In this document: positions 26,225 through 39,659 of the stretch, one piece after another | Layout of the letters: every line of letters starts with the position of its first letter | How positions within the stretch are numbered: position 1 is the stretch's first letter | Assembly (NCBI RefSeq): GCF_006345805.1 | Contig: NC_043000.1 | Coordinates: 132,060,001 to 132,124,000 of the forward strand | Origin: Octopus sinensis | Taxonomy: Eukaryota | Reading direction: 5' to 3' | Length of the DNA stretch: 64,000 nucleotides | Notes under the pieces: model-generated | What the model was told of the DNA's origin: nothing | Database searches by the model: none | Seen by the model: only the letters and a program-made list of their open reading frames with translations | Position numbers and translations under genes: made by a program

Positions 26225-26492
26225 AAACATAAAAAAAATAAATGCGCCCTTTTAAAGCCTAGCCAGGCTCATGGGCCCGGTTTCCCAGTTTCTATGGTGT
26301 ATGTGTTCCCCAGCTGGACGGGACGCCAGTCCATCGCAGCGTTACTCATTTTTGCCAGCTGAGTGGACTGGAGCAACATGAAATGAAGTGTTTTGCTCAA
26401 GAACACAACGCGTCGCTCGGTTCAGGAATCGAAACCACAATCTTACGATCATGGTGCTGACACCCTAACCACTAAGCCACGCGCCTCCACAC
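26225..26492 (-). mobile_element. Near-intact tRNA-derived SINE (family C; other copies at ~1975-2278 + and ~34345-34447 -)
   Basis: Head GGAGGCGCGTGGCTTAGTGGTTAGGGTGTC…GGTTTCGATTCC has A/B-box-like motifs. The central domain is TGTTCTTGAGCAAAACACTT…GCTCCAGTCCACTCAGCTG. Confidence 0.8.
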
Positions 26493-27071
26493 ACGATAAA
26501 CATATTTGTTGTCAAATAGAGAGAAGAAAAACTCATTCGATTGATTAATTCTGGTCAAGAAAACCAGGGGAATCAATATCGAATTTAATTAAATAAAAAT
26601 AACATGTATTATACGTACCCCAAATTTTAATCTTGATTTTAGTGGGAGAAAAGGTGTATATTATTCATGTTTTATTGTAAATAAAAATTGAATGGAGTCA
26701 TGTAGTAAGGTGATACCTCCATTCATGTTTGGGCCTTATTAAACCTCTTCAGCAGAGTATACTATCACTTGCCAGACTCTAGATGATTAAGATATAAAGA
26801 TTTTAAATGAATAAACATGACAAATTAGTAAAGGCAAAAGTTGGAGATAAAGGGAATGAAGGAGCATTTATTGACATATGCATTTAGTCGGCAAAATATG
26901 AAATCAAAGAGTGTTTAATGGTGGTGGTGTTGGTGGTGGTGAGGATTATTGAAAAATTAATCTTTATCTTTCACACCTCGATATCAAATCTTTAAGATTT
27001 TCAGCCTTGGCTAATGTGTGATATGGCTGTGTCGTTAGTGTTTACATCCGGTTCTCTAGCGTATAATGTTT

Positions 27072-27138
<67 letters not shown>

Positions 27139-27836
27139 ACACACACACACACACACATACGCGCGCGCGCGCAAAGAAAAGCATACACGAACACACTTAG
27201 AGTCAGATATATACGCATAAGGATGCACCAATATACATGCGAGCGTATACATTCATATTACCATAGGCTTGCACGTTATATATATACAGAAAGCGACAGT
27301 ATATGTTTAAAACGGTATCGTTATTTAAATCCACATTTAGTGCCATATCTTCAAAAAGATAATACACGGGTCAAAATACTCTGGAAGATAAGAAATAAAA
27401 TATTGATTCATTGTTTCGCATTGTGTCTGTTTGTATTTCAAAGATATTCAGATTTTGTGCTCTGCAAGTGGGGCAGTGAATTTTTATGATGTTTAAGTAT
27501 ATTTCAAATTTTATTAAAAAAAATTAACAGTCCGATTCAGAGAATATATATGAATATTTTGAAGGTATATACAAATTTCAACGTGGAACAATGAAAAAAT
27601 ACGTAATTCCATACTTTCTATGGTATTTGAAATCACGTTTCTGAGTTTTTGATGATAAAGAATTTTAATAATCTATTTCAATCTGAAACAATTACCGCAC
27701 AATATTCAAAGACGAACCCAATTCCATTTGCTTGATATGCCTATGTAACATACAGTGAAGCTTACCAAAGAAAGTGCTTCTTGGAAAATGATTGAAACTG
27801 AAACAATCTCCAAACAAAATGGAGGCCTTCTTTATA

Positions 27837-28402
27837 TTGGGTTGTCCGGAAAGTTCGCGCCGATTTTTAAAGGAAAGAAAAAGGTCAATAAATACTTGCC
27901 ATTACATTTTTAATCAATCAAATATGAACCATTTTGTTGCACAATGCGTTTCCATCTTTCCTTTAACTTAAAAATACCCTCTTCCCAGAATTGAGGTGGT
28001 TTCATGGCAAAGAATTCATCAACGTATCTTTTTACGTCATCCAAGGAATTGAAATTTTTACCATTAAAACTATTCTGCAGAGACCTGAATAAGTAGAAAT
28101 CCGAAGGAGCGATATCTGGTGAATATGGAGGGTGGGGTAACACATCCCAGCCGAGATGCAGTAATTTTTGTCTGGTTCCCAAAGCATCAAGTGCCGAAAA
28201 TGAACTTTCTAATCTTCCATTTTAAAGGGTTACAGAATTAACACAGGTTATAGGAACATAAACCTTCTTCCACGAAAAGATAGCTTAAACTGTGCTCTAA
28301 ATGGAGGTGTAGTCAAATCCTATTTTATGGACTCAACCATGATCTAAAATAAGTCGAAAGGTAAGCTACAATAAATCGGCACGAACTTTCCGGACAACCC
28401 AA
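27837..28402 (-). mobile_element. 566-bp internally deleted mariner element
   Basis: TIRs TTGGGTTGTCCGGAAAGTTCG…/…CGAACTTTCCGGACAACCCAA with TA on both sides. Carries the transposase start (MED*KVHFRHLML) fused to the C-terminal part (WDVLPHPPYSPDIAPSDFYLFRSL). Confidence 0.93.
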
Positions 28403-28699
28403 TAATTTTTTTTGTACCCGTTCACCATCCAGTCTTTAGTAACTTTAGCATAATAACCAGAACAACAAGACAAAGTTTCACTGAGTTTAGTAACAGCAAA
28501 GCTTCAAATAAACCCACAATATTTTCTTTTATTATATCATGTGCAATAAGCTCCGCTCTACACAAAAGATACTTTTATAATATCCGACTAGTAAGCAGAG
28601 TAGATTGTCGGCTCCACTACGGATTACACCTATGACTCTCAGTCGAGAGATTCTTTATACAAGTAGTTATAACAGCCAACGAGTAGAAGTATGCTCACC

Positions 28700-30395
28700 A
28701 ATACACTTGGTTCCAAATGAAAAGAAATTGAATACAACGATCAATTAACTGGCAACATTTGATTCAGGAAGAATAGTTTTCTTTGATGTTTTTGGTAGAA
28801 CCTAATTGTGATATCAGATTTCTTCACTATTGTAGTAATCTCATCTGGAATAGCTACAATTTTGCCTACAGGTGGCAGAACTCCTCATTCTTCTTTTAAA
28901 CTTGCACATAATGACAGCCCTCTGTGCAATACTGGCAAAGAATGTAAATTGGCTGAAGTTCTAAAGCAGGCCAAGCTGAAAGTATGAATCAATTCTCACA
29001 GATTTGCATTTGAGACTCTCAACCAAGCATTCCTTACAAGATCTCAGCAGTAGCATTAACACGATAGGTGGAGTGACAGTCTTACCCTTTGTTGATATCA
29101 AACAAACTCTGGCAATCAACGCAAATGGTACATGTGCATATGAGTTAAGAAAATGACCCAAAGAAACTTATGATTAGAGACGAGAATAAAAATATTGTCT
29201 TTCTACTAACCTGAAAGTTGCACTTGAGAGAGATGCTTCAGTAGCCCAGCTTTTAAAAGTTAAATTTTAGTTGGAGGCAATAGTCAACTACCATACATTA
29301 CTGGGAGTCGAAATGTCAAGATACCAAAAAAAAAAAAAATGCAAAACAATTATCAATACAGCCCAAGAAAATCTATTGAAAGATTATTCCAATCTTTCAT
29401 AGGATTTGTAGAAAATATGAACGACTTCCTCAACATATCATCGTAGCTCCCAAAAAACGATATAGTGTAGAATATTAATAGCGCCATCATTCAAAAGGTA
29501 CCAGATCAAGTAAGTTTACAATGTAATTGACGTTAACAAAGGTACCAAAATATCCAACATATTTCATCAATTCTTTCCCATCCGTTGCTGTCCCACCTCA
29601 TAATCTGTACTTGAGAGCAAAAGTACTCGTTATTTTACTATAAAATTTGGAAGTACCAAAACTCTATAACGGTACAAGACCAGCAATCAAAATTCTTATG
29701 TCCCGTGTGATCGAAGCCACCATTATCAGTAGTTGCACCAAGGAAGATATTTTCATTCCATGCATTCTTCGCATTCAATTAGATATGTTATTTCAATTCA
29801 AATACCTTCATCTTACAATGATCATCTTGTTATTACATGACCACCAAGTCTCAGGAACAATCCCTCAAAGTTGTTCGAGTTGAGATGACAAGTCCCTGTT
29901 TGTCTTTGAGTCAGTCCTATGCAACATGATCACATGTTAGATTAAACAGATATCTTTTCATCTGACCACCAAACCATAGAGCAAGAAACGTTATCTTCTC
30001 TCAGAATTCATCTTTATATATAAAGCTGAAGTTGTCTGTGTGTGGCAGGTTTGGTAGCCTTCAATTAACACTATCTCCTCCGAGACCCTGCAGCGCAAGT
30101 TGACCAAAATTGAGAGTATGATAGAAGAAGACTTGCCCTTCATTCCGTAGAAGAAAAAATTCAAATCGGACCATGTTAAGACCAAAAATTATTTACATCA
30201 GAAAGGTGCTTTTTTCTATGAAAATCCCTATTTTTTACGGTTTTTTGACTGCTGTGCCGCCATTTTTCAACCAGAAAAATGTTCACATAAAGAGAATAAC
30301 AAGCTACATAATGCAAAATTTTTACTTTTCAAAAATTCCGATTCTAAAGGGTCGAAAAGAAAACAAACTCAAGCAACGCCGGGCTACACTGCTAG
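28700..30395 (+). mobile_element. Degenerate Helitron (PIF1-type helicase remnants) with 3' terminus
   Basis: Frameshifted motifs SSGIAT.LPTGGRT.HSSFKL (~28835-28900), GGVTV (~29070) and PKLYNGTR…VIEATI…DIFIP (~29650-29790). Ends gcaacgccgggctacactgCTAG|t. Confidence 0.75.
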
Positions 30396-31392
30396 TACTG
30401 AATAAAACACATTTCTTGTAGAAATATTTTTGTTATATTTTGTGTTACATATCAATTCATAATTATGAGAAAATATAAAATGTAAAGTATAATGGTAGTA
30501 TTTTCTAATGGCACAAAATTGAAATTAGCCATAAACTCAGTCTCTAAATTTCTACACGCCACAGAATCCTGGTTAAAAGTGCAACTTCAGATTTGCTGTA
30601 AGTTAAGTCATTCAAAAGTTCAGTAAAACTGTTTCTCCATATTCGACACCCAATCAACGATGGGTGGCTCTGCTAGTGTACGTGTACGTGTGTGTGTGTG
30701 TCACATTACAAAATTCCTTCCAATGTATTCTGCACACACATATATATACATATTTACTCATACTATTTCTTTTTTTCCTACAAAACCCCTTCCTTTCTCT
30801 TTCTTTCTGCCTAACCATTTTTCTCTAGTTTTCTATAGTCACGCCTTTCTTTCTCTCTGTTCTTCTCTTACACACCTTTCTACCGATTCCACTCTTCCTT
30901 TTTCTTTATTTTTATTTTATTTTTTTACTCTAACCCTTCTAATGTAACAATTTTATTGAATTCATTTAACATTTTAATGAAATATTTTGAGCCGCCAGAA
31001 GAATTTTATTGTCCGTTCACCCCCACCTCTCTATCTCTTGCTTTTTGCGTCTTCTGTCAACCGCTCTATTTTGCACTCTTTCTCTTTTCATCTCTCTTTC
31101 TCCTTTTACTCACAGGCATTTCCTTTCCATATAATTTTATAATAATTGGAAAATTTCAAATAATTAAATTTCTATTTGTATCTACCTGCTCATGTCTGTC
31201 TCTTGTTTGTGTGTGCGTGCGCGCGTGCGTGTATGTATGTGTGTATGTATGTATGTATGTATGTATGCATGTATGTATGTATGTATGCATGTATGTAGGC
31301 ATATCTATCTATCTATCTATATGTATATATGTATATATACATACATACATGTATATATGTATATATACATACATACATGTATATATGTATAT

Positions 31393-31426
<34 letters not shown>

Positions 31427-32901
31427 GCATATAAAGGGGCGCAAACACATCAGCATCGGTTGTCAAGCGATGTTGGGAGGACAAACACACACACACAAAC
31501 ACACACATATATATACAAACATATATACGACGGGCTTCTTTCAGTTTCCGCCTACCAAATCCACTCACAAGGCTTTGGTCGCTCCAAGGCCATAGTAGAA
31601 GACACTTGACCAAGGTGCCACGCAGACACAACAGAATATGCTTCAACACACAAACTCATATAAAGAATCTTGCAAACCAAATCCAAAAACGAAATATATA
31701 TAATGAATATAATAAAAGCTGACAATTTTTTTTATCTTATATTTATTTTAGAAACAAATAATACAGTATTACATAGGCATTTTATAATATTTCTTATTTT
31801 TCTGGGAACTCGCCGCGTACCAGCAGCTGATGGCTCGCGAACCGGCACCGGTCCGCGGACCACCACCTTGTGTAACACTGCCCTAGGGTCATAAAGACCT
31901 GGGTTGAGAACCCCTGCTTTAGATGGATGAAATGGCTCTTCCACGATGCAATTGCTTCAATTCCAGCACGCAATTTCAGACCGTGTCAATTACTAGATAA
32001 GTATAATTCTGACTTTTGTCATTTGGCTTCTAAGATACATCCGTTTATACACCTACATGCTTCATTTACTGGGACGAATTTTAGTCAAAGCATGACAGTC
32101 AAATTCCCAATGTTATTTTAGTAACAGTGATTGTATATTTTAAGAACATTAAGTTTTATTTGTTGCAATAGAATTTGCGAGAATCTCTTATTATAAAAGG
32201 CAGATTTTATCTGCCTCCCTTTGTCTCTTATAGAAATCTACAATATAGGATTTCTTCAATTACAATTTACCTAGCATTTTTAAGAGTAGAATGCATCGGG
32301 TCGTGCCAGGTCCAGTTTATCAAATTTCAACCCCAATTAAGCAAAATTTAGAGAAAACTCACATTGTGGTGTCTAAGTCAAATGCTTTTCTTAGTGTGGG
32401 CTACAGCACACGCTCACACACACATAAACGGAGCGAACTGTTTCACTGACGCTATCACCCTAATTTCTCCTCCTTTGTCTTTGCAAGTGTGCAACGATTA
32501 AAGTGAAAGTAATTCACTTTTTGTAGTGAGTGACTCTTTCACTCTGCATTCCCACTTCCTCTTTACACACATAGACACGCAAATATATAAATAAAATTGT
32601 AAGCTAACGTGTGTGTGTGTGTGCGTGTGTGTGAGTGTGTGTGTGTGTGTACATGTGTGTGTGTGTGAGGGTGCGTGTGAGTGTGTGTGTGTGTGTGCGT
32701 GTGTGTGAGTGTATGACAGGTAAGTTTTTTAGGACGAATATAAGACCTAAAGTATATCCAAATAGCAGAAAGATCGCCCAAAAGTGTATATAGATATTTA
32801 AATGTATTTATATATTCATCTATACACAGATGTATAATGTGTGTGTATATATTTCCATAGAGGTAACCTTTCACTCCATACAAAGTTTTTTAGGACGAAA
32901 A

Positions 32902-33748
32902 TATTTATATATAAAAGAAAGGTTGTGTGTCTGTCTACTCCGATTTAGATTCCTAACTACTCCCACATTTTGCGATGCAGTTTAACCAAAACCGGGTATC
33001 TTATAGTCGTGATTCATATCGAGCCCTTCTGGGTATTAGCGCGCGTCTACGATGAGTCTACGATTTTACAAATAATTTACCATCATTTTTTTCCATTTTA
33101 ATGCATATTTTTTTTAATAAAGGGAAGTAACTCTCAAACTTCACACCAATATGCGTGCTTATATGCGACGTAATATCACATCAGCAGCATTTCCTCACAC
33201 CCTCCTTGCACTTGGCGAAGGCAAAATACCAGGGGATGAAAATGGTAATATTGCCATCGATTCCATTTGTACCATTGTTAAGACGCCTTCTGATCTCAGA
33301 GATGCAGTGTTCCCAGATCTACAAGCTAATTATCAGAATATAGATTGGATTGGCAAAAAGGCTATACTGGCCCCGAGGAATAAAACTGTTCACCATATTA
33401 ATGATGAAATGCTAAAACTCATTCCTGGGGAAGTCTATGTATATCAGTCTATCGATACAACTCCTGACCCAGAGGACGTCATCAACTATCCAATAGAGGT
33501 ACTCAATTCCTTTGAGCACCCCGGACTACCACCACACTTTCTCAAACTTAAAGTTGGTGCCCCTATAATGCTCATCAGAAATTTGGTTCCCCCAAAACAA
33601 TGCAATGGCACACGTTTGATCGTTAAGTCCTTATCTCCCACCGTAAACTTATATCAATATTTGCCTGAATAATCATCATAATTCAGTGCAATCATTAACA
33701 GTACTTTCAAGCAATTCAGTCCCGAGCAACGCCGGGCAATTCTGCTAG
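32902..33748 (+). mobile_element. Non-autonomous Helitron carrying a PIF1 helicase fragment
   Basis: ORF 33151-33672 has AILAPRNKTV…INDEML, YPIEVLNS…GLPPHFLKLKVGAPIMLIRNL…CNGTRL. 3' hairpin cccgagcaacgccggg is followed by CTAG|t. Confidence 0.85.
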
Positions 33749-33931
33749 TACCTTATAAACACTGTGAATTATAATTTGGATCAAAGTTTGTGAGCCGTAA
33801 GTATCTTACATTTCTTTCTTCTGCCATAAAAATTCATTATCTTTTTTACAGCTTACATATATTTATTCAGATCATTGTTTAGTAGTTTTCTCTTTACCCT
33901 CTGCGCTGTATATTCAATTTTGTTGGTTTAT

Positions 33932-34009
<78 letters not shown>

Positions 34010-34447
34010 GCAATTCTTCAAATTTTTTCTTGTGAAGACGCTACTGGTTTCTCATTAAAAAAAATCAATCTCTACCATTGGAATGTAATAAATAAAATTT
34101 ATTGACATGAAAGAAAATTACCGGTGTTGTTTACAAATATCTATTTCTTTATTGTCTACAGGGAGCTAAACTTTGCCTTTCATCCTTTCGGAGTCAATAA
34201 ATTAAGCACCAGTTACATGCTGTGGGTCGATCTAATCGACTGGCCCCCTTACCCCAAATTTCGGGCCTTGTGCCTAGAGTAGAAAAGAGTAGAGGCTTTT
34301 GTAGCGTACACTCGAGTGAAATTCCTCTCTCCCCTTTATTATATGTACGTGCATTCGGACCTAGCAGGTAACACAACGCACCACCCAGTTTAGGAATTGA
34401 AACCACGATTTCACGTGCAACACCCTAGCCACTTGGTCACACGTCCT

Positions 34448-34498
<51 letters not shown>

Positions 34499-34499
34499 C

Positions 34500-35485
34500 G
34501 CTATTTGGACCCCATTGTGTCCACTACTCTGATTGGTTGATATTGGTGCAGTTTGTCTCTTACTCTGTCGCGCCAATTTGCCGCGTATAACCAATCGGAG
34601 CCTCTAAATAAAATCACGTGAGACAGCCTGTTCTCAACCCAGTTTTGAGCTTACATCTTATAAAACTCGCCTTCTCCTTTCGAGGTCTTTCGGTTCCAGA
34701 CCTTTTTAGGTCTAGCCACAGACCACAAAGACACAACCATTTCCAGCGACACCACCACAGCAGCCACGTTGAGACTTACCAACTTCGTCCAACAGCATTA
34801 CGGCAACCTCCGTCTTCGTCGTCAACATCATCTCTCTACGTACACAGCCCAGCAAGCAACTCGCCCAGGTTCCAACACTTCACTGTTTGTGAATTGATTC
34901 ACTATGGATCAACAGCGAATATATAACCTGCTTGAACTCCTGTATCACGTGACCCAGGCAGCAGCATCACAGCCACGACTTCACGTACGGCACGTACCTG
35001 CAACCGGCTCAGCATCACAGCCACGACTTCACGTACGCAACGTACCTGTAACCGGCTCTGCATCATGGCTGCGGCTTCTTGATACAGTATTTCAACTACT
35101 GTGTACAATTGACTACGAATTGCTATTCTCTTACAAGTGTCAATGAACTTCTCACTTCGATAGCTATAGACTCCTCGCTGTCTCCTTCATTACCATTCTT
35201 ATATTTCTTAGCAATCGCATATATCTATGCTTACATACACATACATTTGTTCTCATGATGGCCTGTCTATTATTCTGTATACATGACGCACACGCAGACA
35301 AACATGTTTTCATGTCAATAAATATTCTCTTAATCATTCTACGCGACTGGTATATCCATTTTCTCTCTGGCACTTAAATGTACCATTCAATTATATATTT
35401 ACTGTAAAGGCTGTGTGATGTACTAAAGAGCCATTCTCGTCACCTCGCATCGCATCGCACGGTCCTTACAAACTGGTGACCTTAA
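34500..35485 (+). mobile_element. LTR-like segment ending in CA followed by a PBS-like TGGTGACC (truncated Gypsy-type element); left boundary uncertain
   Basis: Non-microsatellite, relatively GC-rich block ending ggtccttACA|aacTGGTGACC (35461-35481). It has a TATA-like tataaaa near 34659 and an internal 48-bp tandem repeat. Confidence 0.5.
34963..35065 (+). repeat. 48-bp tandem repeat x2.1
   Basis: AGCATCACAGCCACGACTTCACGTACG..ACGTACCTG.AACCGGCTC begins at 34963 and again at 35011. Confidence 0.9.
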
Positions 35486-36465
35486 TTAGAATACGCACCT
35501 CGCCCGCTTACACTCTCAATCAGGAGCGAACTGAGAATATTAAGGGCCCTCAGGCATAACTGTTTACCGAGCCCCTTTGAATGTGTGTCTTAGTAGAGTT
35601 AACATGTAGAGTGCGGGCCCCTCAGAGCTCCGGACCCTCGAGCAGTGCCCGGTTGACCGACGGCCCCTATTTTATTCCACTGTACCTCCAAAGCCATTCA
35701 CTATATTTAAAAGATAATCTTAATGTATTCATATAATTAACTATTATCAGGAATCATATATGAAAAAATTAAAATATTTCGTACATTCTTTCTTTTATTC
35801 TTTTACTTATTTCAGTCATTTGACTGCGGCCATTCTGGAGCACTGCCTTTTTTGTCGAAAGAAATCGACCCCGGATTTATTCTTTGTAAACCTGGTACAA
35901 ACATGGACACAAAGACACATACATAAATATATACATATGTTTATATACAACGAGCTTCTTTCAGTTTCCATGCACCAAATCCACTCACAAAGCTTTGGTC
36001 GGCCCGAGACTATAGTAAAAGGCACTTGCCCAAGGTGCCGCGCTGTGGAACTGAACCTGGAACCATGTGGTTGGGAAAAAAACTTCTTACCACACAGCCT
36101 GCCCCTATATGTAGGAGTATAAACAATTTATTGCGCATAAATTTTAACAACAAAATCTTGTATGGACCCCCAAAGGGTCATATTGCGCCCAGTTGTGAAC
36201 CACTGCTTTAGATTAAAGCGATAGGCGAGTACAAAGTGTAATGTTGGTTTCAAGTTTTAGCAAAAGGCCAGCAATTTCAGGGTAGGGCTTAAGTCGATTA
36301 CATCAAACCAATATTCAACTGGTACTTATTTTATCCACCCCGGAAAGGATGAAACTCAGCGGAATTTGAACTCAGAACGTACCGCAATGCATTTGACCCA
36401 GTGTGCTAACGATTCGCTGCCTTAGTACAGAGTGTAATATTAATTAATGAATAACAAAGAAACAG

Positions 36466-36830
36466 AAGGCTGCGAGCTGGCAGAATCGTTAGCACACCGG
36501 GCGAAATGCTTAGGAGGTCAAATTCCGCCGAGGTCGACTTTGCCTTTCATCCTTTCGGGGTCGATTAAATAAGTACCAGTTACGCACTGGGCTCGATATA
36601 ATCGACTTAATCCGTTTGTCTGTCCTTGTGTATCTCCTCTGTGTTTAGCCCCTTGTGGGTAGTAAAGAAGTAGGTATTTCGTCTGTCTTTACGTTCTGAA
36701 TTCAAATTCTGCCGAGGTCAACTTTACCTTTCGTCCTTTCGAGGTTGATAAAATAAGTACCAGTTGCGACTGGGGTCGATCTAATCGACTGGTCTCCTCC
36801 CAAAAAATTTCGGACCTTGTGCCTAGAGTA
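36466..36830 (+). mobile_element. tRNA-like SINE family B (dimeric form)
   Basis: Head AAGGC.GCGAGCTGGCAGAATCGTTAGCAC…; B-box-like (G)AGTTCAAATTC; repeated module GTCGACTTTGCCTTTCATCCTTTCGGGGTCG. Other copies: 13565-13755, 15670-15895, 22470-22660, 34150-34290, 36255-36422, 41472-41870, 49388-49771, 50560-50750, 57685-57900, 62105-62830 (x3), 63713-63880. Confidence 0.8.
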
Positions 36831-37049
36831 TAAAATAATAACAAGGAAACAGAAATCCCGTTTTAGCTCCTTAACTTACAGTTGTTTCTGCTATAAGAAG
36901 CAGTGCTCTCAGAGCTGAGTTTTTGTGCCACATCCGATAGCTTCGATGAAGCCATTAAAATTAGTTTTAATGCACTGCTTCTAGTAGCAGAAACAGATGT
37001 AAGCTAATGAAGTTGATAACGTGATTTCTGTTCTCTTGACATTCGTTAA

Positions 37050-37080
<31 letters not shown>

Positions 37081-37560
37081 TGTATGCATGTATATGTATG
37101 TATGCACATGTGTCTATGTATGCATATACATATACACTTATACGTATACATACACATGCACAGACAAAATAATGAGTAGCAATTACCCACTTCTACCACA
37201 AGCCAACCCGGGTCCAGCCATTTGCAGAAAAAAAATGAAGTAAATGACGTCATTAGCAAAACCTTAGCGATGTCCGTTCCGCACAGCATGAGCTTCCGAA
37301 ATCACATTATTTACTATTTACAATTTCACAGTTTTCCATGCCTTCACAAAGAAATCCTGATCTGAGCGTTATCTTTCTTCCTGCTAATCCCTTTTCTGAT
37401 GGTACTTACTCCGTCTGGATTGAAGAGTATGCTGACAATTAAGGAATGATCAAACATTGTAAGATTCTCTTAAGATAACAATCTCAACTCAGATATCAAA
37501 CAGACGCAAACTTCATTGTATAGACATACAGACACAGACATAAACACACACACAGACATA

Positions 37561-37608
<48 letters not shown>

Positions 37609-37751
37609 CATACATATTTATATATACATATATATATATACATACATATACATATATATATATATACATATATATACACATATACACATATATATATATA
37701 CATATGTATACATATGTATATATATACGTGTATATATATATATACACATAC

Positions 37752-37845
<94 letters not shown>

Positions 37846-38374
37846 ATATATATTCACGCATACACACACTTGCGCACACACATACACACCTAGATGTATA
37901 TATATTCAGAAGGTGCTGGCTCCCTTTCTTTTATAGAAGAACAACGTCCTGCGCAGGTTTCACTTCTTAACCCTAACCCTATCGTAACCTGGATTTACAA
38001 GTCTTAAAAACGATCATAATCATTCTTCAAATTCTAAGAAACGACAACTTTTCTTAAGAGAGATCCCACTTTTCAGTAACATAATTTTATTTTCTTCTTT
38101 ATTACCTCTGATTTGATTCTCAAGTCAATAGATTCGATGTATTGAAAATAATCAAAAAGAAAGAAGATTCATACAACAGATCTGCATTCCCTTCAGGAAC
38201 TTTTGAGTTGCTACAAAGCTATTATTTCTTGATAAAAGACAGTTCTGTCAATACCACTGACAATTAATTTTTGTACTATTCAATTGCAAGTTATACTGTT
38301 AGCAACGATTACGAATCTTTCAGTTTCTCAATATTCTGGTTGAATTCTCAGAATTTATAGCGTCTTTGTTGAAA

Positions 38375-38717
38375 ATGTGCTGTTCATTAATTCTGTTTCA
38401 ATTGATATTATTAGCGCTTTGGTCCACTTTGTCGTCTGCTTCGCCAGTGGCGGCAGTAAACCACCGAATGATAAAAAGTTTAAAGAATATAACCACACTA
38501 TCCAATACCGACCATTTAAATGTAGACGCGATTCTTTATCAACTCCAGCGTAATGGACACTACAAAGACCGGAATATACTGTGGACTCCATCAAAAAAAT
38601 TCATGATTGATTTATTCAAAGATTTAAGAAGAGAAGAAAGCCTTCAGAATAGTTCTGGACAACTAAGAAAATCGAAAATTCGTCCATCTGATACAGTGCG
38701 AAGCTATTCAGCCAAAG
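38375..38717 (+). CDS. nodal: Exon 1 of Nodal-like TGF-beta ligand (signal peptide + N-terminal prodomain)
   Basis: ATG at 38375 gives the signal-peptide-like MCCSLILFQLILLALWSTLSSA. Prodomain motifs FMIDLF and DTVRSY follow, then a phase-1 donor G|GTAAG at 38718. Confidence 0.8.
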
Positions 38718-39659
38718 GTAAGCAATCAGCTACATCTCTATCACTAAAAATATTAGGGTATTTCTTTAATATAAGTCTAGATTAGTTACAGAGGAGTGTG
38801 ATGTTGTGAGGCTTATATATTTAGGAATATATAAAACGAATTGTGGAATTGGCCCGATAGTTTATCTGATAAATTGACATTTTTAAATATTTCTCTATAA
38901 CGAGTGGGATCGGTTATGACCGTGAGAAAGGTCTCGTTTGGCCTCGGGTCACTTCTGATCAAGCAGACGTGATCAAAGCCGTTTCAGTCGTGACTATCTT
39001 ATCGTTATTTCAACCACAGCATGTATATGACTATACGTATACGTGAGAGCGTCGGATAGAATCCCTTGCAGTGTACATGGCTCTCTGTACCTTAATTCCA
39101 GATCTTGCCATGGTCATCTTTGCTCCTTCAGGTTTTAGGGGTCGATGAATAAAGTGCAAGTCCCCTGCCCAGGTGGATTTTCTCTTTCTCTGTTTCTCCT
39201 TGATTTCACCTATAATTCAAAGGTACAACCTAGTCACGTTATACCATGCCGATTCAACCTGAGAATTGCATTAAGACTACACTAAAAAAATTACCTCACA
39301 GTCTGCAGTCTTTTAGATTTTGTACCAATGACATATTTCAGTCAAACGTTTCTTTATTTTTTAAATTCTGTTCACTGTTTCAGTTGTAGACAATACACTT
39401 GTTAACTTAAACTTCACAAATTTGATCTTTCATTTTATGGGGATCTTTTCGTTGTGGTTTTCTGTATAAAAGGTAGATTTCACAATACTTATACCTTTCT
39501 ACGCTACATCATAACTGTTTAAATCCACGTCTAAACACAAAATCCAACGATTACAGTGTTATTTCCAAATATCCAATCACAAAAGGGTTTCCTTCCTAAA
39601 ATTTGATCCCAGGGAGATATATTTTCGTGTATACAAATGCTGAATTTGTGGGAAATATC

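Noticed and set aside
26400-26492. tRNA-like sequence
   Set aside because: It is a SINE head with A/B boxes running into a SINE body; no complete cloverleaf.
37968-37985. CTTAACCCTAACCCTA telomere-like motif near the Nodal-like promoter
   Set aside because: Only about two units; not significant.
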